Below, piece by piece: positions 57,173 to 64,000 of a stretch of DNA of 64,000 bases (its first letter is position 1; each line of letters begins with the position of its first letter). This DNA comes from Candidatus Kaiserbacteria bacterium (GTDB taxonomy: Bacteria; Patescibacteriota; Minisyncoccia; Phycocordibacterales; UBA918): assembly GCA_031430855.1 (NCBI GenBank), contig JANPCG010000015.1:641-64640 (forward strand), given 5' to 3'. Below the pieces are notes generated by a model, which worked only from the letters and a program-made list of their open reading frames with translations, made no database searches and was not told the DNA's origin. The position numbers and the translations under genes were made by a program.

Positions 57173-57805
57173 ATGGATACTCCCCTCATTAATCATTGTT
57201 GTCCTAAAGCACTGAGAGGATTTACGATTGTTGAAATGATTGTCGTCATTGCCGTTAATACCATACTCATGCTAGCGATTACTTCTACTGTTGTTTCAAT
57301 TTATCAAACAAATGCGTATTCAATTGCTCAGGCAAACGAAATTGATGCTGCCCGTCGCGGTATTGCTGTTTGGACGCAGGACGCACGAGAGATGACGCTC
57401 GCCGCAACGGGGGCCTTTCCCGCCGCCGTTTTAGAGAATAACCGAATGGGTTTTTATAGTGATATTGATAAAGATAACTTGGTGGAATACGTCGAGTACA
57501 CCCTCAGTACCACGACATTACGAAAACGAAGCTACAACCCGGTAGGTTACCCTCCGGTATATAGCACAACGACTGCAGACTCCACGGAAGTTCTCTCTGA
57601 GTATGTGCAAAATATCACTCAAGCATTACCCGTCTTCACGTATTATGATAGTAATGGAGTGGTGTTGGCTTCTCCATCAGCAATGATATCTGATGTCCGG
57701 TATATTACAATAAAATTGATTGTAAATATTGACCCAATTAGGTCGCCGGGGGAGTTCATGTTGCAGAGTAGTGCTGCGCCCCGTAACCTCAAAGATAATT
57801 TATAA
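57173..57805 (+). CDS. Type IV pilin or pseudopilin
   Basis: Prepilin motif KALRG|FTIVEMIVVIAV with Glu+5; 210 aa. Confidence 0.7.
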   Translation: MDTPLINHCCPKALRGFTIVEMIVVIAVNTILMLAITSTVVSIYQTNAYSIAQANEIDAARRGIAVWTQDAREMTLAATGAFPAAVLENNRMGFYSDIDKDNLVEYVEYTLSTTTLRKRSYNPVGYPPVYSTTTADSTEVLSEYVQNITQALPVFTYYDSNGVVLASPSAMISDVRYITIKLIVNIDPIRSPGEFMLQSSAAPRNLKDNL

Positions 57806-57808
57806 ATT

Positions 57809-59245
57809 ATGCGTCGTTCTTTCACCTCATCACAAACTCCCTCGGGTTTCTTATTGGTATTGGTATTAGTATTTGGTTCAGTGCTCTTTACTATCGCCAG
57901 TTCTTTCATTGTGTTTATCGTTACACAGAGTCGCTTAATTGAACAGAAAGTCCAGCTTGAGGGTGCTGGTCAGATTGCAGAGGCCGGCCTCAATTATTAC
58001 AAATGGTATTTAGCACACTTTCCGAATGATGTAACAAATGGTACCGGGTTACCGGGTCCGTATGTGGGAATTTACAATGATCCCGAAGGGGGAGCAATTG
58101 GAGAGTACTCACTCTCGATTGCGTCGACGTCCTACTGTGGGAGTATTTCGAGTATTGATGTGACATCTACAGGTCACACCTATGAGATGCCAGCCGTAAA
58201 ACGTCAGATTAGTGCACGGTACGCGAGACCAACAGTAGCAGAGTTCGCTTTTATACTTAATTCAAGCGTGTGGGCAGGGCCAGATAGAATCATTAATGGA
58301 CCGTATCACTCAAATGGAGGAATTCGCATGGACGGCACCCATAACTCTGTCGTAACCAGTAATGTTGCCACGTGGAATTGCGATAGCACTTTTGGGTGTA
58401 GTCCATCAGGGAATCGGAACGGCGTGTTTACCACAACCGCTAATGCGAACCCTGCCTTGTTTGAGTTCCCGTCTGCCCCCATTAATTTTGCCGGGTTAAC
58501 GGTCGATTTAGCCACTATGCAAACTCGGGCTCAGAATAATGGAGGTTTGTATATTGCTCCCTCCGGAGCCTCAGGTTACCGGGTGGTATTTAACGCGGCT
58601 GGGACGGTGAGTGTCTACCGAGTTACCTCAACGCAATTGTATTGGGGATACACTACAGAGTCAGGGTGGCAGCAGGAACGAAATGTCTACAGCGCCAACA
58701 CTCTTGTCGGTACCTATGCTATTCCGGCGACCTGCCCGCTCATTTTTGTAGAAGATAAAGTGTGGCTTGAGGGGACAGTGAGGGATCGGGTTGCGTTAGC
58801 GGCCGCCGATCTCGATACCTCAGGTGTTAATCCTTCCATAATTCTTAAAAACAACATAACGTACGTTTCGGCTACCACCTCGGCACTTCTTGCGGTGGCG
58901 GAACAAGATGTTTTGATAGGAGTTGATGTGCCTGACGATATGAATATAAATGGAATTTATATTGCTCAAAATGGGCGGTATGGACGAAATCACTACGTTA
59001 ACAGTGGAGGGTATTCACTCCCTAGTGGTCTCTTAGGCAATGTTATTAGAAATTCAGAAACTATGAATGGTACGATTGTCAGTAACGGTCGGGTTGGCAC
59101 GCAGTGGACAAGTGGTGGCATTACTATTTCAGGGTTTCGAAATCGAAACAATACCTATGATCGAAATTTGGTAGCCAACCCGCCTCCACTCGTTCCTGTT
59201 ACGTCTGACGTATTCGAATTCTCTGAGTGGAGAGACAGTAATTAG
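57809..59245 (+). CDS. Pilin-like or minor-pilin (PilX-like) protein, lacks the Glu+5
   Basis: N-terminal hydrophobic segment SGFLLVLVLVFGSVLFTIA. 478 aa. Sits in the pilus operon. Confidence 0.5.
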   Translation: MRRSFTSSQTPSGFLLVLVLVFGSVLFTIASSFIVFIVTQSRLIEQKVQLEGAGQIAEAGLNYYKWYLAHFPNDVTNGTGLPGPYVGIYNDPEGGAIGEYSLSIASTSYCGSISSIDVTSTGHTYEMPAVKRQISARYARPTVAEFAFILNSSVWAGPDRIINGPYHSNGGIRMDGTHNSVVTSNVATWNCDSTFGCSPSGNRNGVFTTTANANPALFEFPSAPINFAGLTVDLATMQTRAQNNGGLYIAPSGASGYRVVFNAAGTVSVYRVTSTQLYWGYTTESGWQQERNVYSANTLVGTYAIPATCPLIFVEDKVWLEGTVRDRVALAAADLDTSGVNPSIILKNNITYVSATTSALLAVAEQDVLIGVDVPDDMNINGIYIAQNGRYGRNHYVNSGGYSLPSGLLGNVIRNSETMNGTIVSNGRVGTQWTSGGITISGFRNRNNTYDRNLVANPPPLVPVTSDVFEFSEWRDSN

Positions 59246-59270
59246 TCATTCTTCTTCGTATGCTACAATT

Positions 59271-60041
59271 TTGCATATGAAACATACGACAACCCCATTG
59301 GTAATCGCCAATTGGAAGATGAACCCAGCTACATTAATTGAAGCTAAGACGATATTTTCAGGGACTAAAGCCGCTGCAAAAAAATATCAGCAAGTGAAGG
59401 TTGTTGCAGCTGTACCCACCCTGTATGTACTTGAATTAAAAAAATTATTAGGAAAGAGTACATTGGCGCTCGGAGTACAAAATGCCCATGAAGCTTCCTT
59501 GGGTGCGTATACAGGGGAAACGGGAATCGGAATGTTGCAAGCAGCCCGAGTCGCTTACGTTATTTTGGGTCACAGTGAACGAAGGCTGCTGGGTGAAACC
59601 GATGAAGCGATTGCTCGTAAAGTCGCTTCATTACTGAAAGCACACATCACCCCGGTTATCTGTGTTGGAGAACGAGAACGAGATTCGCAAGGAAATTTCT
59701 ATAGTGTAATAGAATCACAAATTTCTATAGCTCTCTCTCTAGTAAAAGCCACGGCCTTGAAAGATGTTGTTATTGCCTACGAACCAATCTGGGCAATTGG
59801 TACTGGTAAAACCGCCAATGTGGCAGATGTATATGAAATGCAATTGTTTATTGAAAAAATTCTCACAAAACTATTTAATCGGGCGGCTGCCCGTAAGGTC
59901 ACCATTATTTACGGTGGTTCTGTAAATGCTGAGAATGCTCAAACATTGTTCACTGAAGGAGGGGTAACCGGTTTCTTGGTTGGAGGTGCTAGTCTGAAGC
60001 CAGCTGAATTTACAAAAATAATTGCTGCCACTACGAAATAA
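59271..60041 (+). CDS. tpiA: Triosephosphate isomerase
   Basis: NWKMN, GHSERR and AYEPIWAIGTG motifs. Confidence 0.9.
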   Translation: MHMKHTTTPLVIANWKMNPATLIEAKTIFSGTKAAAKKYQQVKVVAAVPTLYVLELKKLLGKSTLALGVQNAHEASLGAYTGETGIGMLQAARVAYVILGHSERRLLGETDEAIARKVASLLKAHITPVICVGERERDSQGNFYSVIESQISIALSLVKATALKDVVIAYEPIWAIGTGKTANVADVYEMQLFIEKILTKLFNRAAARKVTIIYGGSVNAENAQTLFTEGGVTGFLVGGASLKPAEFTKIIAATTK

Positions 60042-60044
60042 ATT

Positions 60045-61160
60045 ATGAAGTCCATTAAAGACGCCGGAGAAGTGAGAGGAAAGTATGTCATGGTGCGTTC
60101 ATCGTGTAACGTTCCTTTGGTTGACGGAGCTGTTTCAAATACCTATCGCTTGAGTCGAGCTCTTCCGACATTGGCGTATCTTAAAGCTGCGGGCGCGCGC
60201 GTAATTGTCGTTGCTCACATTGGTCGAGATGAGCACGACACGTTGTTGCCTGTCCTGTCGGCTATGCAACCTTTCATTGCGGTTGCCTGGGGTGGTGTTA
60301 TAGGTTCGGAAGGATTTAGCGCAGCTCGAAGCAACCTGCAAGATGGAGATATCATTCTCGCTGAAAATTTGCGACAAGATCCGCGTGAAGTAAGTAATGA
60401 CCCAGAGTTTGCAAAGTTACTTGCGTCACTGGCTGATGTATATGTTGATGACGCTTTTGATAATATTCACCGCGATCATGCGTCGATGGTCACGTTGCCA
60501 ACACTACTTCCCGCGTATGCCGGACTCACTCTGTTGGAAGAAGTGACTGAATTACAAAAGGCAATGGAGCCTCAGTCACCATCGTTGTTGATTCTCGGCG
60601 GGGCAAAGTTTGAGACAAAAATGCCCCTGGTTGAGAAATACCTCGATCTTTACGATAATGTTTTTGTCACAGGGGCTTTAGTCAATGATATTCTCAAAGC
60701 CGAAGGTCATGAAGTGGGGCAATCGCTCGTGTCTGATATTTCGCTTGCAGGCGCATCGTTTCTCTCGAGCTCAAAACTCATCCGAGCCATTGATGTGGTG
60801 GTAACCGGACCGCGGGGATTACGGACAGCACCTATAACGGATGTGGCGCCTGATGAAAAAATTACTGATATGGGACCGCTTACGATTGCAGCCCTTGCGC
60901 CGTATATCACAAGTGCCGCCACTATTTTATGGAATGGACCATTAGGCCTTTATGAAAGTGGTGCCCCGGGGGGAACACACTCAGTGGCGAGGCTGATTGC
61001 TGACGCCGATGGCTTTAGTATTATTGGGGGAGGGGATACTGTTGCAGCGGTCGAGGAGCTGGGACTAAATGATCAATTTGGATTTGTTTCGATTGGCGGC
61101 GGAGCGATGCTGACACTCCTGGAGCATGGGTCCACACCGGCGCTGGATGTTTTAGAGTAA
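60045..61160 (+). CDS. pgk: Phosphoglycerate kinase (short form)
   Basis: PGK N- and C-domain motifs (NVPLVDG; GGGA...LPG); 371 aa. Confidence 0.85.
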   Translation: MKSIKDAGEVRGKYVMVRSSCNVPLVDGAVSNTYRLSRALPTLAYLKAAGARVIVVAHIGRDEHDTLLPVLSAMQPFIAVAWGGVIGSEGFSAARSNLQDGDIILAENLRQDPREVSNDPEFAKLLASLADVYVDDAFDNIHRDHASMVTLPTLLPAYAGLTLLEEVTELQKAMEPQSPSLLILGGAKFETKMPLVEKYLDLYDNVFVTGALVNDILKAEGHEVGQSLVSDISLAGASFLSSSKLIRAIDVVVTGPRGLRTAPITDVAPDEKITDMGPLTIAALAPYITSAATILWNGPLGLYESGAPGGTHSVARLIADADGFSIIGGGDTVAAVEELGLNDQFGFVSIGGGAMLTLLEHGSTPALDVLE

Positions 61161-61206
61161 CGTTACCATGTATAAAAGAACCACAAGGAAGTAACTCGTG
61201 GTTTTT

Positions 61207-61644
61207 TTATTGGAGTACGGTTTTGATTTTTTCCTCCAGTAGCTGTAATTCTGCATCAGACGCTTCTGCTGTCGAAGCTAAAATATGACTTAGGTTTGGG
61301 GTAGTACTCAGCATAGGATAAAGTTTGATATGAACATGCGGCACTTCGAAACCCTCAATTACAAGACAGGTACGTTCAGTCATAAATACAGTGTCCAAAG
61401 CACGGGCGATTTTTTTCGACACCATAAGGATATGTTCATAAATGTTATCCTCAAGGTCAAATATGTAGGCAGATTGCTGTTTAGGAATGACAAGAGATTG
61501 TCCGCTGATACCCGGGAATTTATCGAGTATTACAATACATGCCCCATCTTCATATACGATATGGGATGGTATTTCACGATTTATAATCCTTGTAAAAATT
61601 GAAGCTTCTGGTACTGGAGTCATGGTAAATATGGTACCATGCAC
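61207..61644 (-). CDS. HIT-family nucleotide hydrolase
   Basis: HxHxHxx motif (VPHVHIKLYP). Confidence 0.8.
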   Translation of the reverse strand: MHGTIFTMTPVPEASIFTRIINREIPSHIVYEDGACIVILDKFPGISGQSLVIPKQQSAYIFDLEDNIYEHILMVSKKIARALDTVFMTERTCLVIEGFEVPHVHIKLYPMLSTTPNLSHILASTAEASDAELQLLEEKIKTVLQ

Positions 61645-63351
61645 ACACTCCGTATGTCTCTTCCGTTTACGCTCACTCCTTTGATCACTATTTCTGCTCG
61701 CGAAGCGCTCGCCTCGTATAGTCTTGAGTTACAGCAACTGTTATTTAGTCGAGGAATTGTTACAAAAGAGGACGCCGAGGCGTTTCTTAATCCTAATTAC
61801 GAAACGCAACTCCATAGCCCGCTTTTGTTACATGATGTGGCGAAGGCAACGACCAGAATAAAGGCAGCCCTATTAGCACAAGAAAAAATTGCTATTTTTA
61901 GTGATTATGACTGTGATGGGATACCGGGAGCAGTTGTTCTGTATGATTTTTTTACTGCGATTAGCTACACAAATTTTGAAAATTATATCCCGCACCGTCA
62001 TTTCGAAGGCTTTGGATTGAGTAGCGAAGCAGTAGAAAAATTAGCCGCTAAAGGAGTCATCCTCATTATTACGATTGATTGTGGAACGAGTGATGTGGCG
62101 GCCATTGTGCGCGCGAAGGAATTAGGAGTTGACGTGATTGTGACTGATCACCATGAGCCGGGAAGTAGTTTGCCGGACGCGGTTGCGATTGTAAATCCCA
62201 AGTTGGGTAATTATCCGTTCCCCCATTTATGTGGGTCGGGGGTCATTTATAAATTAGTCCAGGCTTTGATTGCTACGGGGGATTTTAATTTACCACCCGG
62301 CCGAGAAAAATGGTGGCTCGATATGGTGGGAGTTGCGACAATTGCAGATATGGTTCCATTGGTGGGGGAGAATCGAGTGTTTGCACACTATGGACTGACG
62401 GTATTACGTAAATCACGTCGACCTGGACTACAGCAATTGCTCAGAAAAGCGAAAATGAATCAGGCGAAACTGACCGAAGAGGACATCGGATTTACGATTG
62501 GTCCCCGCATTAATGCAGCTTCACGCATGGATGCACCGGAGCATGCATTTTTGATGCTTACAACCACTGACGAAGGTGAGGCAGGTGCTCATGTTGAGCA
62601 CCTAGAAAAACTCAATAATGAACGAAAAGGAGCGGTCGCCACGATGACCAAAGAGCTGCATAAACGAATGCATGAACTTACTGATATCCCACCGGTCTTA
62701 GTAATGGGTAATCCACTATGGCGACCGGCCTTAGTTGGTTTAGCTGCTAATAAGTTGTCGGAAGAATTTAAGCGCCCAGTATTTTTATGGGGTCGTGATG
62801 GTAATGATGTTATTAAAGGTTCGTGTCGCTCGGGTGGGGGCGTGAGCGTCGTGAGGCTTATGGAGCGAGCCGCAGAATATTTCCATGAGCATGGGGGACA
62901 TCATATGTCGGGTGGATTTTCTGTCCGGGAAGAACATATATTTACACTCGGCGATGCACTTAATCAGGCGTATCAAGAACTTGGTAACGAAGCAATTATT
63001 CAAACTGAGTATGTCGTTGATGCCACCTTGTCACTGGAGGCTGTGTTTGGAGAAATGAAACGCGCCCTCGCAGTGCTATCTCCTTTTGGAACCGGAAACC
63101 CAAAACCACTTTTTGCATTTGTTCGCGTGAGCCCAAGTGCGGTTGAAGTTTTTGGTAAAGCCAAAGAGCACCTCAAACTCGTGTTTCAAACTGACCGGGG
63201 ACCGCTCGAAGCAATTGCGTTTTTTAGTGTGCCAACGGATTATGCGATGGTACCAGTGGTAGGAGAATCCCTTACATTGTTGGCCCACATTGAGAATTCA
63301 TTTTTTATGGGACGACAACAGATCAGGTTGCGGATTGTTGACATTATGTAG
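61639..63351 (+). CDS. recJ: Single-stranded-DNA-specific exonuclease RecJ
   Basis: DHH motifs (IFSDYDCDGIPG, TDHHEPG) and DHHA1 (GGHHMSGG). Start overlaps the HIT gene start divergently. Confidence 0.85.
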   Translation: MHTLRMSLPFTLTPLITISAREALASYSLELQQLLFSRGIVTKEDAEAFLNPNYETQLHSPLLLHDVAKATTRIKAALLAQEKIAIFSDYDCDGIPGAVVLYDFFTAISYTNFENYIPHRHFEGFGLSSEAVEKLAAKGVILIITIDCGTSDVAAIVRAKELGVDVIVTDHHEPGSSLPDAVAIVNPKLGNYPFPHLCGSGVIYKLVQALIATGDFNLPPGREKWWLDMVGVATIADMVPLVGENRVFAHYGLTVLRKSRRPGLQQLLRKAKMNQAKLTEEDIGFTIGPRINAASRMDAPEHAFLMLTTTDEGEAGAHVEHLEKLNNERKGAVATMTKELHKRMHELTDIPPVLVMGNPLWRPALVGLAANKLSEEFKRPVFLWGRDGNDVIKGSCRSGGGVSVVRLMERAAEYFHEHGGHHMSGGFSVREEHIFTLGDALNQAYQELGNEAIIQTEYVVDATLSLEAVFGEMKRALAVLSPFGTGNPKPLFAFVRVSPSAVEVFGKAKEHLKLVFQTDRGPLEAIAFFSVPTDYAMVPVVGESLTLLAHIENSFFMGRQQIRLRIVDIM

Positions 63352-63410
63352 AGATAGTTTAATACTAGAACGTAGTTACGTTCCCCTCCCCCGATTAGTA
63401 AGGTGCACAC

Positions 63411-63641
63411 ATGGAAATCAAGCTCGGTCTGTATGTTATCGCTGCTGGCAGCTACACATTATATCAAGACGACAGTAGTGGTCAGATCTATTACCGTACT
63501 CGTGGTGGTCAGAAAGAAGCGGTCATTCCACTGCCAAAAGGTAACGTGCAGGCCTTTGGTCAAACCTCGTTACCCATTTCCCCACCGCTTCCAAGTGAAG
63601 CACTTGCCCGCTATAAGCAACGTCGATCCGCCCAGAAATAA
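63411..63641 (+). CDS. Small hypothetical protein
   Basis: 76 aa ORF; no recognisable motif. Confidence 0.25.
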   Translation: MEIKLGLYVIAAGSYTLYQDDSSGQIYYRTRGGQKEAVIPLPKGNVQAFGQTSLPISPPLPSEALARYKQRRSAQK

Positions 63642-63684
63642 TGGGCGGTTCAACTTATTTCAATACTGTAGTACTATAAATTTA

Positions 63685-64000
63685 TGGAAACGATTATTTG
63701 CTCTGCGGCCGGAGATTCTCGTGGTAACCCTGGTCTTGGTGGGGTAGGTGTATATATTGCTGATACGGATGGTGTTATGGTGTCTGAAGAAGCTCAGACC
63801 ATTGGCAACACCACCAAGCGTTTCGCTGAATACCATGCTGTAATGCTGGCGCTGCAAACGCTCATTTCACTCTATGGTGAGCAAACCAAAACAAAACAGT
63901 TTGAAATATTGCTTGATAGTGAGTTGGTAAAAAAAGAGCTCAATGCCGAAGCGCTAATCACCGAGCCGGGAGTGGTTCCGATGTTTATTGAAATACATAA
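63685..64000 (+). CDS. rnhA: Ribonuclease HI family (partial, runs off the window end)
   Basis: ICSAAGDSRGNPGLGGVGVYI N-terminal RNase H motif. Confidence 0.7.

Noticed and set aside
1-64000. Searched for a CRISPR array, rRNA genes, and transposase or integrase genes
   Set aside because: I found no regular direct-repeat/spacer array, no 16S/23S/5S-like segment and no DDE, serine or tyrosine recombinase signature in any ORF. The only repeats are the structured elements and palindromes already reported.

Overview
This window is a mostly housekeeping chromosomal segment. It probably comes from a small-genome, Gram-positive-like or CPR/Patescibacteria-like bacterium; this is an inference from gene content and was not checked by any search. 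The genetic code looks standard, since the long conserved genes have no internal stops.

It has four parts.

(1) 1-10.8 kb is a minus-strand conjugation or type IV secretion-like module. It holds a VirB4-family ATPase with a Walker A GAGKSY motif, a DEAW Walker B motif and a C-terminal TQ motif. An upstream ORF resembling the VirB4 N-terminal domain is in the same frame and separated from the ATPase only by TAG plus two codons. The module also holds a PrgI/VirB3-like protein, a VirB6/TrbL-like polytopic protein, and secreted and membrane proteins of unknown function.

(2) 10.8-31 kb is a housekeeping core: rsmA, pcrA/uvrD, an M23/LysM peptidase, comM, a dksA-like gene, pnp, rpsO, a membrane-anchored Clp ATPase whose first nucleotide-binding domain has lost its Walker A and B residues, cspA, xth and cca. 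It also contains a candidate toxin-antitoxin pair (HTH-XRE fused to a Panacea/DUF4065-like domain, plus a small Cys/His protein) and a 0.9 kb gene-free gap that may hold a structured ncRNA.

(3) 31.1-34.7 kb is a highly unusual tRNA-rich accessory island. It contains tRNA-Arg(TCG), tRNA-Gly(GCC), tRNA-Pro(TGG) and, at 43.6 kb, tRNA-Trp(CCA); none of them encodes CCA. At least two families of paralogous GC-rich structured elements flank these tRNAs. Their stems differ between copies but stay complementary, and their hairpin loops are conserved (GAACGAAGUGAA-type). Downstream of tRNA-Arg and tRNA-Gly are inverted copies of the tRNA T-arm, and a similar arrangement lies next to tRNA-Trp. Between tRNA-Arg and tRNA-Gly sits a cassette with a small basic protein and an HTH protein. 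A yraN gene is flanked by GTTYCATATGRAAC palindromes, direct repeats and a nucleoside 2-deoxyribosyltransferase-like pseudogene. There are also 24-bp and 34-bp perfect palindromes.

(4) 34.7-64 kb holds NUDIX hydrolases, corA, an ECF sigma factor with an anti-sigma-like partner, a GATase, an S1 protease, an ABC-F ATPase, tadA-like, hup, rny, clpP, tig, ppaC, nusA, a type IV pilus locus (pilB, pilC and three pilin-like genes, one of them 578 aa), tpiA, pgk, a HIT hydrolase, recJ and rnhA.

I found no rRNA genes, no CRISPR array and no obvious transposase.
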